Positions 37,851-51,900 of a stretch of 64,000 nt of DNA are shown in pieces. The translations under genes and the position numbers were made by a program. This stretch comes from Octopus vulgaris (Eukaryota): the NCBI GenBank assembly GCA_951406725.2, contig OX597820.1:15190001-15254000 (forward strand), given 5' to 3'. Below the pieces are notes generated by a model. The model was not told the DNA's origin and searched no databases. It saw nothing but the letters and a program-made list of their open reading frames with translations. How positions within the stretch are numbered: the stretch's first letter is position 1; every line of letters starts with the position of its first letter.

Positions 37851-40800
37851 TTAATACAAATACTGGTGTATCGCCAATAAATAATTTAAAACTTGAATAA
37901 GCGATCCTACATTTAACATTAAAATGCAGAGAAACCATTTTTGTTGTTGGTCCCTGTTTAATTAGGGAAATTTAAATCATAATTTTAAGTGATTACATTC
38001 TATTAACTTTAGCTATGAAGTGGGGTGGGGGGAAATAATTAATAATGAATACATCTTTGATTATATGTGAAAATATATAAAATATGAGTGTCGGTAAATG
38101 ATCATAGTAATATAGTGATAAAGTAAAGAATATGGGATAGTTTTAGAAATCTAAAATATGGAACAATTAAAAACAGTATATTTTTAGTTCCACAACATAA
38201 AAAAAGTTTGAACATACCCATACCAATGTGGCAATAATTTTTGCAACAGTTTTGTTTCTCATTTAATAACCATATAGTTATATATATATGTTTTTAAATT
38301 ATATAATAAAAGATTTTTACTATCTTCTAGCTTTTTAATTATACAGTATTTCATTGATGCTCAGATGTGTTGCGCATGTACATGTTTACACATGTACGTA
38401 TGAGGATAGAATATAAAGATTCCTTTGGGGTAAAAATAACTTAGAGGAAGCAACCAAGAGTGAAAGAGCGATATCTATTACTGGTAGAGCACTAAATTAA
38501 ACTGACAGTAAATAATGGGCAAGGTGCTAGAAATGTAGATAATGAAATAAAAAGGTGAATTGCACATAGCATGAATGACCCAGAAATAAATGAACCTCGA
38601 GGGTAGGAGAAGAGTTAATGAATGGGTTAAAATGATATCTGAATCAGTAAAAATGCTCTTGTGAACAGTCAATGGTAGAGAAGCATTCCAGCAAAGAAGG
38701 TTTTGATTATGGTCAGAAAAAATGATGGAAACTAAATGATGTTTCTAACAATGCACACAAACACACAAATTACATGAATATACAATCATTCACAGCATCA
38801 TCAATCAATCAATCCTCAATTCAATCAAATTATTACTACCTTTACCATTTCTCATTTAAGAACCATAAGTTCTAAACTTATAATGATCATTACTATTATC
38901 ATTATCATCATCAGTTATCGTTATTATATTATATTTATTATCATTATTACTACCACCACCATCATCATCGGTTAGATTAAAATACTGTTATGTTCTCGAT
39001 TAGATTTCAGCTGTAAAAATCTCTACAGATTATTACTACTAATATCAATGTGAAACGTAATTATTGTGATTAGCTTAACGGTGTAAGTTGAAGAAGCATT
39101 AGTAGATTAGAGAACAGTAAACAGGTTAATACTTCACTGATAACTAAACAAATGAAAATATCAGTTCAACGTAACAAATTTGTTGGAAACATATTCATAT
39201 ATGGTCGCTATTCACTGAGGAAATGTATAATTCTGTTTAAAATACAGCAATAAGCGATAGCTCACACACCTGATTTATGTCAACTTCTGTGATTTTTTTA
39301 ATTATGTTTAACAAGAAGAAGCCTCATAACTTTTGAAAAGATTTTGATTATTAGAAATTAAATTTAAATCCTTGCTGGTATTGAATGCAAGACAAAATTA
39401 TAATTATTATTAATGTTCTTGTTAATTATGACTGGCTGTCGAAAGCATTAAAATAATTTACATCTTTAATTTATTGCTGTTGCTCGAATATACAATATTT
39501 CTTCATTACACATCATCGTCAAACAAATACTAGCCATCGTTTTAACCCCAACTAAGATATAAAGGCTTATTTCATATGTATAAAATGTTGATCTGAGACA
39601 TATATATATATATATATATATGCCTATTTAAGACAACTATTTAGTTACTATTGCTGTATACTTTCTTGATGCTAATGAAAAACTTCAGCCAAGCCTGTCA
39701 GGATTTGATTTTGAGAACACTGTTCTTTCTATTTCACAAGTCAGCAACCAATGATGAGATTTTAACAATAGCTTTGTAACAAGATGCCAAGGGAAGTAAA
39801 TACCAAAAATGCATCTACTTCATTTTCCAACAATATTAGTATAGAAAGAGGCAAGTGGCATACAAATCTTCTATACGGATCAGTAGTAGAGAAATTCAGC
39901 TTGCATCAAACACATTAGATAAGAGATGTTTAGTTATAAAGTATGGAACAGCATACATAAGATGATGGGTAAATTGTTTTTCCTATATTTGGTCAATGCA
40001 GAATAGATTCTATATATCAACAGAAGTTGAAGTGATTTGAATTCCTATGATGACCACCTAGATGAAATAATATATACATATTTCATATCCTTGAGTTTCT
40101 TGAAAAACACAACTGAAAAGCAAAAGAAAGTGTTATTTTTCATAAAACATAAACAGATTTCTTCCTTTGTTATTCTAAAAGAATACAATGAAAGTTCTCA
40201 TTGTACCTTGTAGATAGAAATATTTTTGTTAGATGAAATAATATCAAAACACTGACAGAAAAAAACAAGCAAATGAAAATATTTTGATTTTGTGGTTTTG
40301 TTTCAAAAATATGCTTCTATAAAACCATCATTTGAAAACAATGGTTTTATACAAGCATTAGGAGTGAATACATGCTCCATCCGAATAACAAAAAGCCATG
40401 CAACACAGAAATGTCTTAATTACTGAAAACAACACAGATTTTACTTGTGTGGAATTCAGAAAAATAAAGCATAGATTATAGCAAGTCCTCACTCTACAAT
40501 TTTCTACTTAGACATTCCAACTTTGAAACTAAGTAATTACATATAGGGAAATAATTATTTAATTAGAAACAGATATGTAACTAACTTTGAAATATATTAT
40601 AATCACTGAGTTGGAGCTTTGCATGAAATTGGCATTGTTTCACAGGCTGGATGGCCTTCTTATCACTGATCATTTTACAGTGTGGACTGGGTGCATTTAT
40701 TTTTCAAGGTACCAGCACAACAGAGGGTACCTTCAAGGACTTAAAGTGTCTTCTTCACATTAAGTTTTTACTCAGAGTGAAAGGGTAGCCTTGACTAGAA

Positions 40801-42952
40801 CTGTTGGAGTCAACATCTGCCTCTGCTACCAATTAGTGACGTCAAAATAAAACTTAAACGAACTCAGAGTCTGGAGAAGGAAAGTAAGGAACTTAAAGCA
40901 TCCCTCAATTATATATATATATATATATATTTTCAGAATGATTCTAGATGATGCATATGATGAAGTGAATGAGATGACAGAAATCTTGCTGAAAGATACA
41001 GACCAGATCTGTAGCAGGAGCAAGGCACCAGCTAAATGGAAAGTAACACGATGTTGGAATACCACTGTGGATAGAGAAGAAAAAGCTACAAAACAGGTCT
41101 GGAATGAATGGAAGAAAGGAAAGAGCAACAAGGAATACTAAATCACAGGGAGAGAAGATAGATTTCAACTTTTGGCACAAGGCCAGCAATTTCAGGGAGA
41201 GGGAGTAAGTCTATTAGATTGACCCCAGTGCTCAACTGGTACTTATTTTATTGACCCCTAAAGGACGAAAGGAAAAGTCAACCTCAGCAGAATTTGAACT
41301 CGAACATAAAGATGGGTGAAATACTGTTTGCCCAGCGTGCTAATGATTCTGCCAGCTTGCCACCTTACTGGAAGAGAACACAGATAATAAATGTATATGG
41401 CATAGGAAGATGTTGAAAGGAGGAGGTTTGCTGGTGTTCAATGTGAGGAGGGTTAAAGGCATGAGACATTTTGAATTGCAAGACAGTGTCTTAGAATGAA
41501 CTAAAATGTTGTTGGGGAAAAGCATATTTGAAATGATAATAGCACAATTTCCTTAACTGACAATGAGATGGATGGTAGTGAAGTGGTAGGATTCTTCTAA
41601 TCCATACAGGTATGGAAAATAGATAGAGAAATAATAAGGATTATAAATGACTTGATTAATCTAATTTTTCTTTCAGATTATTAGAACATATCACTTAAAA
41701 TGCATACAAAAATTTTAAGTTTTCAAGAGGACAGATTTGTTACATTAATAGTACTATAAGTTTCATAAGTATAATTTCTGTTCTAAACGAAGTACTAATG
41801 AGTCAAACTGAATCAGGATCATATGCAGGTGATATAATTTGTCACACAAATACACTATGAATACTTTAATCTCTAAACATATACACAGATTTAGAAATAC
41901 AATTGGAAATTGTGATGTATAAAGTGCAGGTATGGCTGTGAGGTTAAGAAGTTTACATCTCAACCAAATGGCCTTTGGTTCAATCCCACTACACAGCACC
42001 TTGGACAAGTGACTTCTCTGTAGACTGTGGTTGACTAATGCCTTGTGAGTGAATTTGGTAGATGACAATTCTATGAAGTCCAATGTGCATGTGTGTGTGC
42101 ACACGCATGTGTATATGTGTGTGCACATGTTTGTGTCTGTGTGAAGGCCTACATTCTGTGCTTTACTACGAATGGTGAATTTTGACAATTGTCTGTGAAT
42201 GAATCATTTACTAGCTCTGCGCTTTGAAAGAAGTGTGGAATTAAACAGGCAAGGATTAGCAAGAAGAAGAACAACCGACTGTAAAACAATGCCTCAATGT
42301 GTTCATCTAGCACAGAAAAATGGACATAAAAATGAACAAATATACTTGTTTGAATGTAGGAAAGAGAGAACTATGTTAAAATGAACTTCCCTGAAATTTT
42401 TTAATTTAAAGTCAAAGCTACAAACCTGCCAGTAAAAGCATTTATCTTGGAAGACAATAAAATAAGTATTAATTAAAACATATTCTTGAAAACAGAATTT
42501 AGCAATAACACTTTAAAGACATTACATGATAGTTACGTTGAAATTTTCGAAAGGTTATGTACAATACAAGATTTAAATATTAGGAAAAAAAAAGTATTTA
42601 AAAAAAGAATTGTAATATAATTTGAAGTATTTACAATTCCTAAAAGTCTGATTATTTCTTTAGTTGTCAAGTAGAGGAAAACTTGCTAATGAGAAGAATA
42701 AGATTACAAGTAACAATAGCTTGCTGAAGTTGTAAAAATTGCAGTTGAAATTTTAGAATATCCTGAGTCCATGCAAGACACAGGGAGATTGCAGAAATTT
42801 AAGTGCAGAGCATGGTGCTAAGATGTAATATTTAAAGGAACTGCACACACATACAAAAAGGAAAATTATTTTGTGGTTTAATTTAAAAAAAAAAAAAAAA
42901 AAAAAATTTAAAAACAATAAAAAAATGTTTCAGGAGCATTTTTTTTTTTTAC

Positions 42953-43070
42953 CTGCCGATGAATCGTTTGAAACCTTTCCATCTGCCACTGTCTGTGTGG
43001 TGTAATCTATTGTGAACGTTGCCATGGCGCCCAATGACATCTTCATCGTCTGTTGCAATTTCTGATTGTG
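42953..43070 (-). CDS. PPFIBP1: Liprin-beta coding exon (AQSEIATDDED...KGFKRFIGR)
   Basis: Acceptor ttttctgcag, donor AG|gtaaaa, 118 nt, phase 1-2. Confidence 0.9.
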
Positions 43071-43117
43071 CTGCAGAAAATAATAATAATAATAAAGATG
43101 ATGTTGATAATGATGGT

Positions 43118-43705
43118 TGGAAAATTTGGCACAATGACAGCAAGGTTTGGGGGAGGAGTGAGTCGATTAGGTCAGCCCTAATGCTCAACTGGTCCTTATT
43201 TTGTCAACTCTGAAAGGATGAAAAGCAAAGTTGACCTCAGCTGAATCTGAGCTCAGAACATATAGACAGACGAAATAATAATAATCCTTTCTACTATAGG
43301 CACAAGGCCTGAAATTTGTGGGGAGGGGAACAGTCAATTACATCGTCCCCAGTACTTGACTGGTTCTTAATTTATCAACCCTGAAAGGATGAAAGGCAAA
43401 GTTGACCGTGGCAGAATTTGAACCCAGAATGTAGCGACGGGCAAAATACTGCCAAGCATTTTGTTCACTAATGATTCTGCCAACTCACAGCCTTAATAAT
43501 AATAATGATGATGATGGTTTCAAATTTGGGCACAAGGCCAATAATTTCAGGGGAAGAAGTCAATTACATTGACCCCCACCCCCCAATGCTTAACTGATAC
43601 TTATTTCTTTTTTTACCTCGATAGGATGAAAGGCAAAGTCAATCTCAGTGGAATCTGAACTCAGAACATAAAGATAGATGAAATGCTGCTAAGCTTTTTG
43701 TCCAG
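43118..43705 (-). mobile_element. Three head-to-tail family-C SINEs
   Basis: Three units separated by (TAA)n/(TGA)n. Confidence 0.85.
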
Positions 43706-43741
43706 CAGCAGCAGCAGCAGCAGCAATAATAATAATAATAA

Positions 43742-44577
43742 TTTATCAAACACAAGAGCTTAATGAGATACCTAACCCAAAGTAAGGAAACCTTGCTGGT
43801 GACAGTTAGGAACAAGGGAATATTGAGAGCAGAAAAAAGAGGGAAAACAAAGGAAGAAGTGCAAAAAAGGACAAGAAAAAGAATGACACAAGAAGGGACT
43901 ACACAATAAATTCCATGCAGCCACAACAGAAGTTGCTGGAAAAAGTAGGTGGGATTGGCTGATGAAAGGAATCTTAAAAAAAAAAAGAGACCAACTGCAC
44001 TATGCTGGCATCACAAGATCAAGCTTTGGCCACAAACTGGAAGGTCAACCTTAGGAATGAGCAAGTGACTCTGCTGTGCCACATCTGCAATTGAGTGGAT
44101 GAAACCCTTGCCCATATCATGAATGAATGCCCTAGACTTGCCCAAAACTGCTACAAGTTGTGTTGACATGATCAAGTAGTGAAAGTGTTACATTGGAAAC
44201 TGTGCCAAAAATGGGGGCTAGAGAGGCAAGACATGGTGTGAGCACAAATCACAGAGACTACTAAAGTCCTCTGGGATGTCCAAATCCAAACAGATCAAGT
44301 GCTAGAGTATAACAGAGCAGACATAGTGGTGGTGGACAAAATGCACTATATGTGCTATATAGTTGATGTTGCATGCCCCTTTGACCCACAAATAGTCAAG
44401 AAGGAAGACGAAAAGATAGATAAATACAACCCTCTTAAATACAAAATAGCTTGGTTATGGAAAATGAAGATGGTGCCAATTATTGTTGGGTCCTGGGGAA
44501 CAGTATCAGTAGGCATCAAGAGGAATATAAAGGAAATTGGAATAGAGTGCCCAGTAGAACTGTTACAAAAGGCTTAA
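43742..44577 (+). mobile_element. R4/Dong-like LINE 3' fragment (CCHC knuckle plus RLE endonuclease)
   Basis: CHICN*VDETLAHIMNEC; HDQVVKVLHWKLC; LWDVQIQTD...RADIVVVDK...VDVACPFD...KYNPLK. Confidence 0.88.
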
Positions 44578-45031
44578 CCATGCATTACCTCATAGCTTTG
44601 AGATCTTGATGAAGTGATTATCTTCAGAATGACATTGTTGAGAAGGTGCGAAAGACCAGATCTGGCCAGGTTGAATATGAAACAAGTGGAATATTTGGAC
44701 TGAATAGAGCTGGTTTAAATGCTAAATAACAGTGTGTGTGTGTGTGTGTGTGAAATATACACAAGCATGCATACAATCATTCATTTGTGTAAGGATGCTT
44801 TCAATCTTAAGAGTATTGGCAAGAAACAATAAACGTGCTAGTTTTCTTTGCATGGAATAAAATATTGGCAATTTGCAACTTCTCTATACAACATAATAAC
44901 CATTGTCTAATACAACTTAGCAATAGTATTATAAAACTATGTGTATTATTCCAACCAGATATCACTAAATATTGTAGAATATTTTTATCTTGCAATATGG
45001 TAAGGGGTTGAAACTACAAGAAATAAACAAC

Positions 45032-45066
<35 letters not shown>

Positions 45067-45171
45067 AGTGTCTATGTATATATAATACTGTGTGTGTATA
45101 TACACACACATATATGCAGGTATCTATGAATGAATATATATTGTGTACATACATGTATGTGCATGTTTTAC

Positions 45172-45204
<33 letters not shown>

Positions 45205-45316
45205 GATATATATATATATACGTATATATAAAAACATATACGTGTTAACAAACAACACTAAATGTATTTTAAAAGATTTCAATGTTTATAAAAAATAATA
45301 TCACCGAATGTTTTAT

Positions 45317-45352
<36 letters not shown>

Positions 45353-46061
45353 GTAAAAACGAGATAAATTTCATAATATATAATATATCACTAAACACTA
45401 TGTATAACAGAGAAACCCAAAATAGCTAAATAAGAAAGAAGAAAATAGAAGGTTTACTGAGAGGAAAATACAAATTAGATACAAAAAACAAAAAAAAAAG
45501 GAAGGAAGAAAAATCTTTTGGAAAATAAAAATAAAATTCAAACTTTTAGAGTAGAAGATATAAATCCAGTGAAAATTTACAGATATTTAGATCAGGAAAG
45601 TAGAAAATATAAATAAATAAAAGGAGAAAAAAAATGGAGAAAAGAATGTTTCCCTTCAACCATAACAAAAAACAAATAAATAAAAAAAGTTTAAGAAAAC
45701 ACAAACAAACAAACAAACAGAGAACTGAGAGAGAGAGTGTAAAAATAAATTTGAGAAAGAAAACATGCTTCTAGATATCATCAAAAGAAGAATATATATA
45801 CTCAGCAGTTAAAATGCATTTGGAAAAAAGAAGAAAAATGTCAGAGCTTTCAATAGATGAAATATTTCCTATTTGTTCGAAAAAATATAAACAGGAAAAG
45901 TAAATAAAAAAAAGAAATCTGTACTATTTATTGATTGAAGCAAACACACAGGCATTGTAAACTTAAGGCAGGTAGAAAGAGCTCTAAAGCAACATGGCCA
46001 TCACCACCAACATTGGTTATTGGAGAATTCACTGATCAGTCAAGAATTCTGTCCAAGTTAC

Positions 46062-46199
46062 CTTCCAAGGTACACTTCTGTGACTGGGCTACACATGCAA
46101 TTTCCCCACCATGGGACTGCACCTGTGGTCAAGTTGCAGAAGGACAGTGAAACTTCCTAAAGCATTCTATAGGATTATCAGAAGAAAAGACTACATGGT
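46062..46199 (-). other. Candidate alternative exon of liprin-beta (terminal, poison or recoded) with in-frame TGA at 46131-46129
   Basis: Strong acceptor (ttttttcttttattctttttctcttctacag), phase 1 matching the 53308 donor; donor AAG|gtaact at 46061 gives 138 nt, phase 1-1; AATAAA at 45932-45927. Confidence 0.45.
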
Positions 46200-46739
46200 C
46201 TGTAGAAGAGAAAAAGAATAAAAGAAAAAATAAATCCATCTTCCTTTTATTTAAAAGCTTTAAATTTATAGACACATGCATGGCTGTGTGGTTAAGAAGC
46301 TTGCTTGGCACCCATGTGGTTTCGAGTTCAGTCTCACTTCGCAGCACCTTGGGTGTCTTCTATTAGAGCTCTGGGCCAACTAACACTTTGAGAGTGAATT
46401 TGGTAGATGGCAACTGTGTGAAATCCTACTATGTATGTATGTATATATGTGTATGTGTGTACATATATGTATATAGGTGTGTATGTGTGCGTACGGTCCT
46501 TCCGCACCATTGACAACCCATGTCGATTTGTTTATGTCCCTGTAACTTAGTGATTGCTAAACCCTTCAAGACACTGTCCCAGTTTGGCCACAGTACAATG
46601 ACTGTAACAAGTAAAAGACAAAAGATACACAAGTACACACACATTGGTTACTAAGTCCATGCAAGTGATATGACTGACACAAGCAGTTTTACTTGCTAAT
46701 TTGATTTCGATAACTGACAATTCTTTAATTCAGTTTTCG

Positions 46740-47060
46740 TACCTATCTTCATCTGTGGTCATGAATGATGAGTAATGACAAAAAGGAGTACTACTGCAGA
46801 TACATGTGGCTGAAATGGGATTCCTCAGAGGGGTCTCTAAGGTAATATGCTACTTGAGAAGGTGTGTAGCTCAGTGAGTCTCTCCAAGCCAAACTGCTAC
46901 GTATCTGTAAAGAGCAGTCACAGCTCCTACAGATGTGATTAGAACACAAGAAAGGCTAGCAAGATAGATTCCTCAAGCCAAGCCAATCAACAAGAGACCT
47001 AGACCAAGAATGAGATGGCTGGATAATAACCTTAGTCCAGGATGGTCATGCCTGGGAACG
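46740..47060 (+). mobile_element. Degenerate RTE-type LINE 3' fragment
   Basis: Remnant GHE..VMTK...VAEMGFLRGV...RPRPRMRWLD. Confidence 0.55.
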
Positions 47061-47942
47061 GAGGAGGTGCCTGAAGAGTCTACTCCCATAACCTTCTCAA
47101 GAATAGATGGTGGAGAAAATGAACAGATGGATAACATACAAGATTTTATAATTAGGTACATCTGTCACCTCACTTGAGAAACAGCATGGTACACTAATAT
47201 ATAAAGATCTCACTCCAGTTGTAACATACCTCACCAATTGTCTGATGTTAATACTCTGAATTCTCCTCCTCTTTTTTGACTTCTAAGCTGTGTGAAGTAC
47301 ATGTACTTTCATTGATATTTAGATTAAGTAGAAGTGAATCTAGATACTGATATTAATTTACACGAGCTTCAAGTTTTCCTCTGGATTATCACTGAAGTGA
47401 ATATGAGACATCTAGTATTTTACTGTAACAGGATTTACCTGGATATTTTAGACCCCAATAAATATATTACATGATCAACTTTCCTGTAGATTAGTTGTGT
47501 TTGGAAGGTTTCAAAACAACCTAGTTTTTATTGAAAGGTAGATGCCATTGCAGCTATTCCTGTCATCCCATCTGATACCACATTTTGCATGTACAAGGCT
47601 CATAATAAACGTTAGCATCATCATCATCGAAATAGAAGGAAGAGTACAAATTTATTATCGGATTTCCATAGTCAATACAGAATGTACAGGCTATAGTAGA
47701 AGATAATGTCTCTTATCTTCATCTCATCACATCTGTGGGGTTCAACACCTACATAAGTAACTGTCTGCACTTCATTCTCATATTTTCTCTGAATCTCTAA
47801 TTAATGCCACAGGTAAAAATCTTTACTAAAACTCAAAGTAACAACATTTTGTAGAGATCTGACTTGGTATTTTAGCACCACATTGTAACACCATCTGAAG
47901 TCATCAAAGAACATAATAAATATGAAAGTTTTGTGCACATGT

Positions 47943-48308
47943 GTAGGCGTAGGAATGGCTGAGTGGTAAGTAGCTTGTTTACCAACCACATGGTTCTGGG
48001 TTCAGTCCCACTATGTAGCACCTTGGGCAAGTATCTTCTACTATAGCCTCGGGCCGACCAAAGTCTTGTGAGTGGATTTGGTAGATGGAAACTGAAAGAA
48101 GCCCGTCGTATGTATATATATATATATATATATACATGTGCGTATGTGTGTGTGTGTTTACATCCCCATAACTTAGCAGTTTGGCAAAAGTAACTGACAG
48201 AATAAGTACTAGGCTTACAAAGAATAAGTCCAGGGGCCGATTTGTTCGACTAAAGGAAGTGCTCCAGTATGGCCAAAGTCACATGACTGAAACAAGTAAA
48301 AGAGTAAA
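47943..48308 (+). mobile_element. Full-length family-A SINE
   Basis: High similarity to 19446-19885. Confidence 0.88.
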
Positions 48309-48447
48309 ATGCATGCACACACACACAATGTATAGTACGCATGCATATGGTATCAATTTATGGTATAGCCTGGTTGTAGACTATGATTGCTATGAACTTC
48401 ACAGAAAATAATTCCTTAGCTCATGATTCTGATATGCTGTTTTGTGC

Positions 48448-48489
<42 letters not shown>

Positions 48490-48944
48490 TACTGTTCTGT
48501 GATGGTAAGATCAATAAAAAAGTACTCCATCTGGTGAGAGATAAATATTATTTAATAAACACAATATGGCAAATATTGTGTTTATTATTAAATATTAACA
48601 TTTAATAAACACACATGGCAAAACGTATGGGCAATGTCTGATGATTGTGCTGGGACATCAGATGTGTTAAAAACACTGTCTGGCATGTTCTCAGTACATG
48701 AAACTAATATTAGCACATATAAACATACATTGTATTTATTAAATAACACACACACACAGATTTTAAGTATTATCTTGCTTTGCGCTAATTATAAAAACTG
48801 AAGCAGTATATTTCATGCAGATCATTATTATTATTATTATTATTATAATAATTATCATAGCTTCTATTACTGTACGTAGCACCATTATCAAAATTTGAAA
48901 TTAAATTACATGCCATTATTTTATAATATTGCAATTAAGCAACA

Positions 48945-48975
<31 letters not shown>

Positions 48976-51900
48976 TTAATTTAAACAATGAATGAGAACA
49001 AAATCTCAGATTAATCCTAATTAACATAAACATTTTCTTTTTTTTTATGCTCAGCCTTTACACAATTATTAGTTAAGCATAGAAAAATATATATATATAG
49101 CGCTTACTAAGTTTAGCTCAAAAACATGCAAACCAATCAGATTCAAATCTTTTTGTTAGTGAGTTCCCTATTTTTAATGAATAACTGCTTCTTGTTCATC
49201 AACATCTCCCCCACCACCACCACCTCCCACTCCTCTTATCACTATTCCCATTGTAACAGACTTCTCCAGAACTAGACCCTTCTGGAACACCACCAACCCT
49301 TCCCACTTATCTTTGCTGAATCAACAAGGAAGCCGCTATGTGGTTGCTTGACTTGCCATAAATAGAAGCTAAATCTCCTTCAAATCATTCTTTCACCAAA
49401 CAATGCATTGAATGCACATGACCGAAATACCTTTGATCATAGATCCCTTTGGTCAAAGTTGACCAAGGGCCAAAAGTAACTGTACAGAATCTCAATCCTT
49501 AAAATAAGAAGACAAATGATGTACATTCCATTGGTTAAAAACAAAATTGTTTTTCATTCATATCATCATCATTTTAACACCCATTTTCCAAGCTGGCATG
49601 GGTCAGATGAAAACCTATTTGGAATAAGAGAAGGAGTATCCATTCCTATATAACCCCTCTATCCACCCACCTTATAAGTGACCTTTAGCTTGAACTTCTG
49701 CAGACTGGTTGTCTGAGAGGAAAATGTGGGTAAAGAATGTTTGTTTCATAAGGGTTGCACTTTTTGATTGTCTTTTTGTTTTGATCACCATCATCATCAT
49801 CATTTCACATCTGTTTTCCATGCTGGTATGTGGGTTGGATGGTTTGACAGGAATTAGCAAGTCAGAAAACTGCACCAAGCCCTGCTGTCTGCTTTGGTAT
49901 GATTTCTACAACAGCTGGATGCTCTTTCTAATGCCATCTACTTTACAGAGTGTGTTGGGTGCATTTTATATGGCACCAACTGCAGTAAGGTCACCAAGCA
50001 ACTTGCAAGACAAGGCCCCTTAACTAAGGTGGGTGGTATTGAGGAAGGACTGAAAGAAAGGAGCCTTGTGTTAGAGGGGACACCAGGCAAGCTCAGGTGA
50101 GGAGAGAGTGAGAGAAAGGAGGGGGAGAGAAAGAAAGGAGAGAAGATGGTGAAGATGAGATGGGTAGTAGAGGTTGTTTACCCAAGTTACAGGGAGGTGT
50201 GTATACTGAAATAGACCAGGAATTGGAGAAAGTGAATGGGTGGGTGGGTTCACAAGACTGCAAAAAGTGAGCGGTAGATGAAGGGGAGGGGCATGTAATG
50301 AATGAGCATGTGTAGCGGGAGGGGATATTAAGAGGACATTTGATAGTCTTTTGAAGTTTGTGTGTGTGTGTGTACCCAACAGGCCAATCAAAAGTAATAC
50401 AGCTGTATACTATACAAAATATGTGCAGTGAAATAAGGCTTTGAACCTTTTAAAACTCGATTTATAGACAGGCTGTGTGGTAAGGAGTTTGCTTCCTAAC
50501 CAAATATTTCTGGGTTCAGTCTCACTATGTTGAACCTTGGCAAAGTGCCTTCTACTATAGCTTCAGGCAAACTTAAACCTTGTGAATGAATTTGAAGTCT
50601 GTTGTGTGTGTGTGTCCATGTCCTTATCCCATCATCAGATCACAGATGTAAAATAATTGTCACTATCATATATTTAGTGTCATTCATTGCTAATATTCTG
50701 CATGAGCATGTCCGACCCTGGGGAAATATTATCTTGCTTGGCACCAGAAGGGCATCTGGTAACAGAAAATTTGCCTCAATAAACTTTGACCCATGAAAGC
50801 ATGGAAAAAATGGGATATAAAAAGGGTGATGATGATGATGAACTGATTATCAGTAGCATTTATCAATTTATCATGTATATTTTCTGTGCACCTTTGTTAA
50901 TTTATTTTCTTCTAATAAGCAATTACAAAGTCTTAAATTTTTTTTTCTCAGACACCAAACTGGTATCAAGCAGTGAAAATAAGTTCTCTTTTCTCCACAG
51001 AAGGAATATGAAGCTTGTTAAAAAGAGATTTGACAAGTAGGAAACAGGAACACGTCTCCAGCAACAGTTAAGAGCAAAGACAGAACTATGCACAGCTTGA
51101 AATACAATCTATATTTGGGGTAGCAGTGCAGACATTCCTAATATGGAGCAGCATCTAGATCAGTTTCTAGTAATATCTATTCACAGATAACATACACGAC
51201 TTCCTATTTACACCGTCGTATCCCAGTGTAAACTGAGACGGCTCAGTTTAATAAGTTTCTGATATTTTGGCTTCATCTATAATTTGAACAAACATTAATC
51301 GGCAGTTACCTAATATAGATGATCAGCAGAGTGTTCTCTTCACAGCATTTCCTTTGAGCGAGAAAGTTACTATCAACAATTACCATTCTCATTTATATTA
51401 TCAATACTTTTTGCTTTTACCTCATTTGTTCTTCTCTAGAGCATTTAATATTTTAGATCAGAACTAGCTTTTAGCTTTTTTTTTTTTGTTGTTGTTTTTT
51501 TTTCTAACTTATATACTTAGCAAGCTATTCTCAAGTTTCATCCCTTACAGAGCTAGAAGCCTCCCACCACTGCCTTTTTTTTCTCTCTCTTTTTTCGCTG
51601 TTCTTGCTCACTAATCTCAATAAGAAATATCATTGATGTCAGTGGATAGGTGTTACTTGTCATCTATATATATACATTTTAAGAACCATATTATTTCTAC
51701 ACACACTCACATATCAGATGCATTCTTCAATAATTACTTAAAAGAAACAAAACAAAAAAAAAAAAAAAAGATTATGAATACTAATAAGTAATCAAAGGGA
51801 GGAACTCGGTAAAAATAAATAAATACATAATAAAAAACATTCTTTGACCTATTTTTCTTTGTTCTCCCACACATGTATGAAACTCGTCTGCACTTTAGTA

